Shown piece after piece: positions 1-11,606 of a stretch of 36,163 bases of DNA. The DNA is from Ramazzottius varieornatus (taxonomy: Eukaryota; Animalia; Tardigrada), in contig BDGG01000005.1 in the NCBI GenBank assembly GCA_001949185.1, positions 3,250,464 to 3,286,626 of the forward strand. Direction: 5' to 3'. How positions within the stretch are numbered: the stretch's first letter is position 1; every line of letters begins with the position of its first letter. The notes under the pieces are model-generated. The model made no database searches and was not told the DNA's origin. It saw only the letters and a list, made by a program, of their open reading frames with translations. The position numbers and the translations under genes are program-made.

Positions 1-58
1 CCCTCTTGTTACTTTCCGTTCTTGCATAAGAGAAGCTCTTTAGTAAGAACCATTTGAA

Positions 59-95
59 GTAAAGAGATGCAGTATGTGTACCTGCATCTCTTTAC
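59..95. repeat. Perfect 14-bp hairpin (GTAAAGAGATGCAG / CTGCATCTCTTTAC, 9-nt loop)
   Basis: Arms 59-72 and 82-95 are exact reverse complements. Confidence 0.85.
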
Positions 96-1091
96 GTTAC
101 CGAGGCCAGCGTTGGAAAAAACCTCGACAGCAGATACGAAAGCGGTTCCACGTTCACCCTCAACGGTTCTCGAAGGTTTCTCCACGCAGGACTGTTAAAC
201 CATTCCTGCTCTTCGCTACTGTAATTTTCTCGATATTTCATTTTGTAGCACGCAAACATCGTTTATTAAGAAGGGAAAACAGATTCCAAAATGTCTCACC
301 TTTCAGGAAATTTTGAAATTATGAAAGGTAGCATCTTTCGCCGGTTGCAGTTTTAGGTTGCAGAACAACATCTGGTCAGCACGTTTGCCCCATATGCTGA
401 AGTTTCAGGGCAACTCTTACTCAGCCAGGATTGTTATCGGGAACGTCAAGATTCTCTCAACGCTGCTGGTTACCAGCAAGAATAGTAATTCCCATATTGT
501 TAGTGGAAAAAAGATTGGCAGTAATGCAGAATAACGTTTTGGTATCGGAGTGGTTGATTGAGCGGTATGATGTTAGAATGGAGTGAGGAGGAGGAAACCA
601 TCTTTTGTTCCTTGAACTTCCTTATACCTATGTAAATGACCATTTAACCACTCAGGCGTCGGTAGGGAAATTCAAGTGCCTGACTTTTTTTTACATGGTT
701 AGAAAGTTACAGTTTCGTCAGCTACGTGAAGCTGGCTGTTGACAGAAAGTTTTAACCATTCCCGCTGGTGTCTACAAGGAGATTATTCCTGTCCCGGCGT
801 CCCGATAGTCAAACCGTCCCGGCAAAACAATAGACGTGAGTCTCTTGTATGATGTGAGCCAGGGAGCTAAATCCCCCGACTGTGCTGGAGCAAACTACAG
901 GAGTCGGAAGTGACGGACCCAAACTACAGTAGTGACGTAATCTCCTTGATTGGGAGTTTGATTGGACAGATTGCAACACAGCCGATCAGCTGTTCCGTCA
1001 GATTCGGTCTGGATGGTGTGCTATCGGGCATCTTCAGCTAGTTTTGGCACACTGTTCGGTCACCTTGCTGGTGAGCTGAGCAACTTGATCG

Positions 1092-1238
1092 TACTGTAAT
1101 GCTTCATGAACTTCGCGAAACACGTCATCTTACGCGCGAAACATCCCTTAGGGTGTTGGTAGGGTGAAATCTTCGGACCGGGGTTCAACTGCACGCGTAT
1201 GATCACGTGCTTCGCGAAGATCATGAAGCATTACAGTA
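1092..1238. mobile_element. MITE with ~45-bp imperfect TIRs and TA target duplication (Tc1/mariner-type)
   Basis: TA-CTGTAATGCTTCATGAACTTCGCGAAACACG at 1092 is mirrored by CGTGCTTCGCGAAGATCATGAAGCATTACAG-TA ending at 1238; no coding capacity. Confidence 0.75.
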
Positions 1239-1239
1239 T

Positions 1240-1837
1240 TGTCTTCAGTCAACACTGGCAATCAAAAAGCTTTACGTCATCGTCGCACATTGGAGCGGTC
1301 AATGGATGTTCCTTTCCGAATCCTGTAGTTCATTCTAGGATCGTCGGTGCATTTAGCTCTCCTGCTCAGATCATAGAAGAGACTCTCTCCTGTCATTTTG
1401 TCGAGACGGTTTAATTGTCACGACGAGCATAATCCCCTTGTACCGTAAGTAGGCGAGATAGCGCCGCTGACGGTGAAGAAAAGCCTTGTGGTAATCAAAC
1501 CAACGGGTAACTGATTGGTTTACTGTCCTCAAGGTGTGATCCCCTGCATCGCTTGAGGGCGCTATCTCGCCTACTTAGACATTTGGATTTTGCCGACGAC
1601 CCCTGCACACTTCTCTTCATACGCCTCTTGTTTCGGCTTACCTTCTCTCGGGAGAATTATACAGCCCATTTTGCAGTTCTCAGCCACCATCCATGTTTTG
1701 GGGTCCTGCTTCTCGCAAGGAGTCGTCATGGGATGGTCGGTATTCCCTTCGAATCCACAAGTATAGCATTTTGTGGTTTTGACGGTGGCTCCCGACACAA
1801 TGTCTCCTAGTATAAGTATGAGGGCAGGAATGAGCAT
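1240..1837 (-). CDS. Small secreted Ly6/uPAR (three-finger, quiver-like) protein; possibly a pseudogene. Exon 1 1837-1642, probable exon 2 from 1389
   Basis: Signal peptide MLIPALILILGDIVSG followed by KCYTC...C...CxxGC; strong donor AG|GTAAGC at 1641; phase-compatible acceptor at 1390. Downstream Cys-rich text (CDDDVKLFDCQC) is out of frame and no intact CCxxDxCN end is present. Confidence 0.5.
1446..1577. mobile_element. MITE with perfect 20-bp inverted ends including flanking TA
   Basis: TAAGTAGGCGAGATAGCGCC (1446-1465) is the exact reverse complement of GGCGCTATCTCGCCTACTTA (1558-1577). Confidence 0.75.
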
Positions 1838-2654
1838 TGCGATGGTGCAGAATACTACTGACAGCGGACCGAACGAATAGACTTCAAGCTCGAGAAGCAT
1901 CGTCAGTTCTAGTTTCCGCACTTGGCGAACTTTTCACTTTCTCCGTTAACACGGCGCACTATGATAAGCCGCTTTACTGAAGCGTCAATCTGTACAATTT
2001 CGAACGGAATTTGACAACGCGGGAATGCTCCGATGAGATAAGTAAAGTGTAAGGGGATCATCACCCGTCAACCGTTGAGTACTGGTACAGAAATTTTCAT
2101 CCAAAGATTTTCGATCTGGAAGATGCCCTAGATTGTGAGGCTGCTGTTACGGCGCGCACCGACAAACCAATGCCTTGACAAACAAGTTGGTGGAAGAAGA
2201 TCGTCACATCATCGTCAAGTATCCAGCGGAGGAACTGGAGATCTCCGTGGGAACTACCGAACAGATTTCACACGATGATCCTGATTTGCACAAACTTGCT
2301 CAATGGGTACTTCATGGACTGACGAAGGACCAGCGTCAGTAAAGAGTACGTAGTTGTGAGCAGATGCCTCCTGTCCTCGAGCCAAACAGAGAGTATGAAG
2401 TAGTGATTCAAATTCGCTGTGGTTCAAATTGCTTGTTTGTATTTTTACCATTTTTTCGTGTTATTCTGGTGAGTTCTGAATTGTGTTCTAATTGACCAAC
2501 CACAGAATACGACAGCGCTACGCCCATTTATACAGTCTTTCCATCATGGTGTGGTACCTCCTTCAAGAAACGGCAACCGTCCCGGACGGACTTGAGTTGG
2601 CAGTCTCTGTTTCGTCTCGACGGTGAGTCCCGCAGCGTGCATCGACGTCACGGT

Positions 2655-3177
2655 TTGATTAGCAATCAACCAAGGCAAAAACCAAAAGCATGGTTTTTGT
2701 CTGTACGAGCACTAAATTCCGGCGTACAATGCCACAGGTAACATGCGAGAGTGTCGATTGGGAATAGATCCAATTTGATTGTCGTCAGCTCACACGGGGT
2801 AGAAGCGTACGAAAACTTCACCTTTCGACCGAAAAATCGAAAAGTTATGCCCAAAAGCTGGTCCATAGTGATAACCAGTTGACTGAGCCAAAACTGCACC
2901 GTTGTTTGCTGATGCGATTACCGACGCTACGAATTCGAAACAACAAAGAGCGAGATTGCCTGTTAACAGTCCGCGGGGTTCAAGTTGAGCTGTTCGGTCA
3001 CGATATGCGGCCAAGAGCAAGGCCACACTGGTGACAAAGCCGGCAAAATTAATGAGGACGTTGAGAACGAGCCAAGGAACGAATCCCTTAGGACAACAAA
3101 ATTTGTTGAGTTTAGGCCTGAAACTACGTGATGTTGAACGAGGTTCCGGCGCCAGAGTTGTTGTGCTGCTGTGACAT
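2655..3177 (-). pseudogene. Decayed class-A GPCR-like sequence (N-terminus to TM4)
   Basis: Fragments across frames: MSQQHNNSGAGTSFNIT and GLNST (N-glycosylation sequons), WLVLNVLINFAGFVTSVALLLA (TM1-like), LLTGNLALCC (TM2-like), NR..LPVALY and WFLPWLIA (ICL2/TM4-like); multiple stops and frameshifts. Confidence 0.4.
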
Positions 3178-4241
3178 TGTCGTCTGATCTATGGTGACCG
3201 GATAGAAAAAGCTATCTAAATATTCAGCTTCATGACAACGACAAATCGGACAAAAGGAAAGGCAGTTACTTTCTCGAAACAGTGAAGAATGAATTTTTCA
3301 TTGCATCTCGAACCAGTCTGGTTGAGTGACCTTCAGATCTACCTATTCTTGTATGTTGGATGTTTTAGACGTGGAAATGACGTCTCCGGCAGAAAAAGGC
3401 ACGCTTGCACCCGTCTTGCGATCTCAAATGCGGTCACGAAATTTGCGGTAAACAATCTGCCTATGGAGTAGTTTCCTGCCCACTCATAAACTTAACTTCG
3501 TTTGCCAGTAGCTGAAATCCAATACCCCGGAGAGACGGCCGACTGTGAATTGTGCGCAATAAGGAGCCACCGCCAGAGACAAGATGATCGACTTCGGAAT
3601 GATGGCTTTGGCGACTGTTGATCATAAGAAATATTGCTCCCAGTCCACTTGGTCACAATTTTGTCGACAACATCCGGTGTGCTCCCTTCTCAGAAAAAGG
3701 TCACGCTACACCTGGAGGTATCCATTAGACGAAACTCTCCCGGGCTGATCTTCGGTCACTAAAAGTATCATGTAGATGACGCCGTCGAGGTCCCTTCCCG
3801 ATCCGGTTACACACGATACCGTGACACTCTAGGTCCAATTTTAATCTTCCTGTGCCATGTTTCTGTTTTGTTGGCCATGTGTACCGATGTGGGCTGGATA
3901 TCTGGCTATAGCCTGCCGGACTGGTCCCCGTTTGTCGTACGATGACATCCACCACTCAAGATCGAATCACTTTACAGGCAAAACATCCATCTACACCATC
4001 CATTCTCGCACTCGTGGGAGTCTGCCCCAACTCTGGGTTCGCTTTGTAGGCAAATACTCCGGAATAAACAGCAGTCTCTCATATAATAAAAGTATTCTCT
4101 CACCGAATAAAGAGTAATTGGCAAGCATGAGTGTTCGAGGATCTACTTCTATCTACGTATCTATTCGGTTGCTCCAGTCTCAGGTCTAAGCACTTCCTGT
4201 AGCTTTGGTGTATAGTGTGCAGCACACATTTTGTGGCCAGA

Positions 4242-5778
4242 ATGTTGAAACCCGCATGGCTTCGCAAACTGCTCCGGAGGGAAGTGACCGAAGAAGAAGT
4301 GTGGAATGTTTTATTGCGATATCTGCAGCTTCTCGGGCTGTACCCTCGTGTCACCCCGAAAACAGCATCTGCCAACCAAGCTTCAGACGCTCCCGTACAA
4401 AGTTCACTCAGCTGGCTATGGCTCTCGTGGACGTTTCTGATGGCTGCAGCTATTGTACTCGCCTGCGTCACCAGCATTTTTCCCAAAGTAAAGAGTAATG
4501 CCTCTCAAATTGCAGATGTTGAATTTTTCACTCTGATTGATCTCATCTTCGTCAGCAGCTCCTATGTTCAAATTTTGACGTTATATCTGGTCGTTATCTG
4601 GAAAAGCGGCGATCTAGCGTCGGCGATTATGGCAATTCGTTGTTTATGCAAAACGGCACATATAACCGATCCGCATAAAACTAAATTCATCAACATTACC
4701 GCAGCACTAATCGTCGGCTTTTACCTGTTTGCCATCATCACAATGGTATTTGTGATCGTACTGACAGATCTCGACGACATCGGGAACGGGAGCTGGACGG
4801 AATGCTATGTTTGGTGCGAAATTGATCAACCGATTTATATACCGATATGGCTGTACGATTTATGGGACTTGCTCTCCGACGTTGTCCTCCTGCAGTGCGA
4901 ATCTGTGTTGTCGTACTTTGCATTGTATCTGATAATTGTGATGTCTAAGACGGCTTTGAATCTTGTTACCTCTGCCAAAATTCTATGTAAGCTCCCGGAG
5001 CAAATGCAACTGGCCGGTCTGGAAAATATCCAGCTACCGTTTCGTCAACTTCGTTCTGCAATGGAATCATTCAACAATGTTTTCTCTTATATCCTGCTTT
5101 TCACTTCCTTTCGCACCTTTGTATCTTATGTGAAAATCCTAGGCATCATGTTTGACAAGATCAATGATGATGAAAACGATAAGGGTGCAGTCCTCTACAA
5201 TAATGTCTATGATTATTTCTATGTCGGACTGACGCTTATGCTTGGAAGCGCGATTTTATTCACGTCGGTTTTTCTTGGTGAACAGGTTGGGTTTAGTCCG
5301 TAAATATTTTTTTGAAATGTCACGTCTAGCATACGATGCGAGTCATCGCATCAGATACATGTTAGGATTTTCGTTGCAGATTAAAAATTTCTCCCAAGTT
5401 CTTCTGACTGTGCAGTTGGAAACAACCTGCAGAATGGTACAGCAAAAATGCTCTGACCTCATGAACTTCGTGGTCAACGCGGACATGGCGGTATTTTCCG
5501 TTTTACAAAAAGTCACATCACAGATGTACGACGCAAGCTCGGAATCTTTCATTATTGAAGTATTACACCGATCACGTGCGCCACGATTTCGGTTTCTTTT
5601 GACACAGGTGACCGCGCTGATGCTGACTTATTTCCTGCTGATATACCAAGCAAGAAGCTCAAAAGACGATATGAAGAAACTTGTTACATACGAGACATTT
5701 GTGTCACTAATGCAAGATTTTATAGCTGGAATACCTAATTACACGTCTTCTAAAGACGTAAGCTCGGTTTTTCAATGA
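4242..5778 (+). CDS. Gustatory receptor family (7tm_7) copy 1; exons 4242-5285, 5380-5525, 5608-5778; exon 2 has an inferred 13-nt deletion (possible pseudogene)
   Basis: Multi-TM ORF, N-terminal LRYLQLxGLYPR shared with paralogs, C-terminal GR signature TYFLLIYQ; two phase-0 introns at the same positions as in copies 2 and 3. Confidence 0.8.
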
Positions 5779-6853
5779 AAACTCGTTTCTCGTAAAGTCT
5801 CTCGACCATTTGTGATTCGAAATTGCAGTTATGGTGCTGAAAACCTGAGAAGTTAGACCAGCTTGTTGGATCGTTTCTGATGTGAGGTGCATGATGTGAA
5901 AGTTAGAGTCCAGAGAGGGTTTCTCTATCTGAGACGTGCTGAATGTCAGGTTCCGGCAAATCGTGCCGGGCCGCAGGCAGTGAAACCTGACGATGAACTG
6001 TACATGCTTGGCTAACCCTAGCGAACTCAGGATGATGCTGTGACAGTGAGGCGATGAACACATAAACGATATGTTCTGAGCAGCAAAGGTCGGCAGGGGA
6101 GGGGGATGACGACAGACTTTCAAAGCCTTTTCCACTAGACCTTCCAGATGGTGTTTCAAGTCCGCGCTACTCTGCGGTAAACAAGTCAGGATGACCGGAG
6201 GAGGGGCAATTTTTGGTTAAATAGCTTGTTAGGATTGGAACGGCTCAAGCTGCCACATTATGCAAGAAGCTCTTGTGGTGGCAGATACAAGCAAGTTGAG
6301 TAAATTCTGAGGGTCTCATGAACCACGTATACCCAAGCGATGACTGGGCAAATATGTTAGTGCCAAAGATCAACCCACGTGTATGAAAGCCGAAGCACCA
6401 AAAGGCTTCGTAATGGACGCTTCATTGATACAAATGGGTAGCTGCGGCCCATTCCCAGTACAATCAATTTTGCTTTCGAAGTTGCGTTTTTTGACTTGAA
6501 GTTGTTGGGAACATCAAGGAGTATCGTGCGGTAAGTTTGCCGTACCTCGCCGTGGTTCAAAGTCTCTGAAAAATGTTCGCCCTTCTGGGAAGACACTCTG
6601 GAAAATTTCAGGGGTAACCACTAACTGAAACCACTTCCAGGGGGTTGGATGCCAGAACGACTACCAACGCATTTTTATGCTACATGACGTCATCCTAACT
6701 TCGAAATTTTCTGAGTGAAAAATTCGAACCCCTTCAGACTTTTCCGACGTAGCCATCTGACCACTGGTCAGACGGCTAAATGGACTTCACCATCGTTTCC
6801 GCGATGTCTGCTACGTACGATAGCGTTGGCAGTTCAACTTTTCCCTTGGGGTC

Positions 6854-8477
6854 CTAAAACTTAAAACTGGTTTGCTGAACAATTTGGTCAGAGGTCGGTT
6901 GTACTGGGAATTGGCCACAGCTACCCAAATAGGCTCTAAAATATGTAAGCAAATGAAGAGGGCAGCGAGTGGTCTCACAGGTGGTAGCTAGTATTGACGT
7001 GAGGTTTTGCATCGCTTCGGTCAGATGTTGCTTGAACGTGTCGTAAGTAACCAGTTTATCCATGCCACCTTTGGAGTCTCGGGTCTGATAGATCAACAAG
7101 GAGTAATTTGTCAGGAGGCCCACCACCTGCAAACAAACGATCTGATAGCGCGCGTATTTCGTTAAAAATACCGAAAAGAAAACACCCACGGCCATCACAT
7201 GCTCTTTCGTGATGAGGAAGAATCCACAACCGGAGACTGCGACGTCGGAATCCAGCACTATGTGCACTACACTCATGCATCTGTGCTTCACCTTGCTACT
7301 CTGCGAAGTCACCACCATTCGACGGACAGCCTTCCTTAGTTTTGTCACCTGCATGACGTGAAATTCCACAATAGCTAACTGATCATTGAATGTGTTAAAG
7401 TTGCGACGCAAAAGCCACGTACCTGTTCACTGCAGACGACGTAGAATGACAGTAAGCCTGTACCACTGGACAGCACAACTGCGTTGTAAGAATAGCTCTG
7501 AGCATTGGTGGTCATTTCAGTGGCCTTTCTCTTGTTGAACGGCAGTTCGTCACTGCTCCCGCCATCTTCCCGTCTCATCCTACACAATTGCAAGGTGACC
7601 GATGAAATGAAGCTCATTAAAGTACGAGCGCAGTTCAAGAAAACGATCGGCGAGAAGACGTGATTGAAAAGGTCCATTAAGCAGTGCAGCTGCGGAAAGT
7701 ACGTCGTCAAGTCTTCCAGCACCACCCTCTTCTCGCCGTCAGAACGGCCGACGGTAGTCTGGATGAGCTCCAAAAAAGCCATGCCAGTTTCTGTCATGGC
7801 TAAAATCAGACAAGCAATTAGCGACAGCAAGAGCAACTCCGTATTCAGAACAAGCATGTTCGACAGAAGATCAAACGTCAGGTACTGCCAGCACGTTATC
7901 TTTGCTTTCCACTGGAACAGGAGGCAACAATCAGCCAATGCCCTGGATTGGCCAACCATGAAGGTGTAATCGACGACAAGTGTCACCGATACCACAGCTG
8001 TTACCCATGCTACGTAAAAGATAAGCACGGCAAAGAATTTCCGAGTCGGTGATGTTTGACATCTGGGCTTTCCGTTGCATAAGCACCAGTGTGCTGATTC
8101 ATGCAGCTGAACCGTGTCTCGAGTTAGCACGACCAGACTCTGGCTCTTCCAGGTCATAAAGATGAAACAGGGGATATTGTGCACAAAAGTGCTGCCGATG
8201 AACACAACTCCAATCAGGGGAAAAACTCCAGTTCAATTGTAGACTGTTTATGGGTACCCAGATAGCTGCTGACCGAGCTGATTCCAGCTATCACAGTGAC
8301 AATTACGAGAAGGACGCTCCACGAAATGAAATGTGTACGAACTCGTGGATGTGGAACACCTTTAGAGGTGGTCTCAGGTGCTTGGGTAAGAGACCGTGGA
8401 TACAAACCGTTCAGCTGAAGGTAACGCAAGAAAAAGAACCAGAAACGGTGGCTGTGCGGATCTAGTTGGTATTCCAT
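6854..8477 (-). pseudogene. Gustatory receptor family copy 2; exons 8477-7423, 7348-7190, 7126-6854; 1-nt frameshift at ~8217-8220
   Basis: LRYLQLNGLYPR, DVAVSGCGFFLITKE and TNYSLLIYQ motifs. GAG TTT TTC CCC TGA reads EFFP*, where paralogs read EFFTL and the shifted frame continues LIGVVFIG. Confidence 0.75.
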
Positions 8478-9825
8478 TTCGGGCTTACCCAGTAACACAG
8501 GAACGTGGTAGAAGCAAATTAGAACCTTAGAAGAGTCTGAAGTCTCCGCCAGGCCAACTGCGCCGGGCGCTAGGATATTACATATTATATCATAGAAGGG
8601 TACCGGATATGTACTGACGAGAGCTCAGTTTTCGTAGAGGGACTCAGAATGGGCTAGGTACGGAAATGGGAATTGGGAATTCATGTAAAGTTCTGAGCAC
8701 GACAGCCCCGCGCTTACGTACTGCACAAACAGATATTACGTTTACATCAATCTAGTCGTCGCTTGATAAAGGCTTGTGAACCCCTGGGGACGACCTGTAC
8801 ACTGACAGACCAAAGGTTACCCGCGGGCTGTGGTGCCCCGTCGAGAGCCGTCAAAAGGTGGCGACTAAGTCGATGTAAACGAAGGGCCTGTGTACAAAGC
8901 TTCCCAAGAAAGATAGACCATGTCCAGAAAAGACGCTGAACGATGAGCGAACGGAGTGGGAACGACTTCGTGAGCTGTATTTCCCAAGGTCGTTTCAAGA
9001 TCCGGGTGCGCAGTCGTTCCCAATCCGTTCTCGTTTTCGGTTGTTCTCAGTCCGGTCCGTTTTTGATCGCGATGCGATCCGCTTCGCTTCCAGTCCGTTT
9101 CCTTTCTTTGATTCTACATGGTTTGCTTCCGTCGAAACACGTTCGGACAAGTCCGCACAAGTTTTGGACAGGCCGGTAGTCTGGCGGCCAGCTATCGAGT
9201 TTTGCTAGAGGTTTTTGACAAGACATTTAGAGTCTCATTCTTGTTCAGGTGGGTCATTCGGTACCTTCTTTTGCAGCGGTTCACTGGAGAGCCAATCGCG
9301 CATGTGGTTCACGAAATCGGTTATCGGGAACGCTGCAACGTTTCCTATATACTGATGTTATCGAGATGGCCGAACAAACTCGACTGAGATTTTCAGTGAG
9401 ATTTCAGTTTTGTCTGTTCGGCCACTTGCCGCCACGGCGCGCTTTGAAACGCGATGCGTCATTAGTGTGCTTCGCCCACCTAGAAACTGCGCAGTATCAC
9501 CAGCGCAAGTAGGCGTTCGAGACGTGAACAGGATCGGTACAAGACCCGTTGGTTCATGGGTTACCGTGTTAGCAGATCTAGGCACAAAAAGTCACGGCGA
9601 CGAGTGTCCATTAGCGCTCTTCACCGGTGCATGGTAGTTTGGTGACGTCCAATTCTCTGCAAAAGGCACTTACTCCCTCGTTTTTAAGCGCCCGGCACTG
9701 CGTTCTACTGGCCAGACCAACTCAAATCGGTTTGTTTTACAGTAAACTACTTCAAAGTACAAACAGCAATAGAATGAATCTTATTGGTGTCAGAGTGCTG
9801 CTCCTCTCCTTCTGCTCGATCCAGA

Positions 9826-11606
9826 CTAAAGCATCAAGGTTTGCGTGGCGTTACCAATAGCTGATTTTTGGGAACCAATTTCTACCACAAGACTGTTCAT
9901 CGCGGCCCTGAAGGCTGATAGTGTAACCAGCTCACTGAGATCGTTCTTGTTATCTCTGGTTTGGTAGATCAGCAGCAGGTAAGTCAGAAGCAGGCCCACT
10001 ATCTGAAAGACAAAGCCATGAGTACAGCCGGTCGGCAGCCCAGTAGCCTCTGCGGAAAAAATTGACACGGCCTGTCATGTAACTGACGGCTCGTATTCGG
10101 GTCGGCGAATTTGGACGAATTCGACTTCGCCTACGTAACGGCTCCACGGGTGCGGTGTACGACACTGTACGCACCCGTCTGACACGTCGGTTCGAGCCGT
10201 GATACCAGGCTTACCATTGCCATTCCCTAACTGTTCTCCGCAGAGGCTGTTGGGCCACGGCTGCATAAGTAACGTCGTCCCTATGGAGGACGACGTGCAG
10301 CAAGTAATTAACGCACCGCTGTTGTGTACTCTTTCGCAATGTAGAAGAATCCGCCTCCAGAGACCGCAAGGTCCGTGTCGCAAATTTCATTTAGAAGTGC
10401 GCTGCACTGCGCGTCGGTTTTCTCATCGTCAGTGTTTGCTTGTAGTCTGCGGACAGTTGACCGAAGTTGTGCAACCTGAAAGCACTTAGGTTGGATGAAT
10501 GTGAGACTGGGTTCGGTTAGCAGAACCAACGTTAACGTTACCTTTTCATGACAAGAGAGGCAAAGCTTCACCAAAATTATTTGGTTGAATATGGTCAGTC
10601 CGGAATAAGTGAAGTGGTACAATTTCCCGCGCGTGTCGGAAAACCTTCGGCTCACAAAAGCATCGTTTGGTTCTCCAGTTTCCTGCTCTATAGATTGCAA
10701 TAACTTTCCAAAAAGAGAGACGAAGTTGATGAGCATTCTGACGCAGCTCAAGAACACAAACGGAGAAAACACGCCGTTGAAGGCATCCATCAGACTTCTT
10801 ATTTTTCGATATTGTAATTTGACTTGCATCAGCGAGCTCGCATCCACTGCCTGTGTCAGTCGTGAAGCGATTGCGTTAACCAAGAAGATCAATGCACTCA
10901 TAAGATACAATTGGACAAAGTCGCTGTTGTAGACTATCGCGACAGCCACTGCATCCCATGTTACCAACAACCAAGCAGGAAAGTGGAGGCAGGTTTTAGT
11001 CGACGTAACGCCGATACATAAGTTGGCGATTTGTGACAGCGAAAATGTGTAATGTCCATGTGAAAATATGGTCGCGACAAGCATCCCGGGCATGCTCAGA
11101 CAATACCACAATACCACAAGGACGCCCTGAAACCTCGACCGTGCTTGGTACTCTTTGCGTGACAGCGGACGACTCTTATAAAGCTCAATGATATCCCCAA
11201 CGACGCGAACTAGATCTCTGCTCTTGTGGATCATCAAAGCGAGTACTGCGGCACTTAGCAAGAACGTTGTGTTAATGTGGATAAAGATGACCAACGTAAA
11301 GAACTCCAAGAAAACCACTTGGTGGGCGTGACTGTCAAGGTAGGCCAAGTTGGCGAGAACTTGGGCGACCAGTAGAATGCCTATCAGGGTAAGTGTCCAG
11401 AGCAGCAGGAAGTAGTTGAATGGAGCAGGGCATCCTTCTGGATATTGGTTCGCCAAGGTTAAGGAGCGCGGATACAGACCGCTGAGCTGAATCCATCGGC
11501 CGAAGACTGCCCACGTCCAATGCTCGATTAACCTTGGGCAATACGCAAGGCTGTGATCTTGCGATCCGCCACGCAGTTCTCTCTTCGTTTCAACATTGTA
11601 GACCAT
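9826..11606 (-). CDS. Gustatory receptor family copy 3, intact (~466 aa); exons 11606-10542, 10475-10317, 10002-9826
   Basis: IQLSGLYPR, DLAVSGGGFFYIAKE and TYLLLIYQ motifs; canonical GT-AG introns of 66 and 314 nt with consistent phases. Confidence 0.88.
10025..10263. mobile_element. Foldback MITE-like insertion in intron 2 of GR copy 3
   Basis: TA-CAGCCG...GCCCAGTAGCCTCTGCGGA is mirrored by TCCGCAGAGGCTGTTGGGC...CGGCTG-CA. Removing it leaves a ~73-nt intron, similar to the paralogous introns (63 and 82 nt). Confidence 0.65.

Noticed and set aside
3290-3960. Possible further decayed membrane-protein gene on the minus strand (AKAIIPKSIILSLAVAPYC...YRKFR)
   Set aside because: Similarity is too weak and fragmentary to support a call.
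8747-9640. Cluster of short ORFs between GR copies 2 and 3
   Set aside because: No recognisable motifs or coherent splice model.
10185-10205. GGTTCGAGCC B-box suggesting a tRNA or tRNA-derived SINE
   Set aside because: No 5-bp T stem, A-box or cloverleaf could be built.
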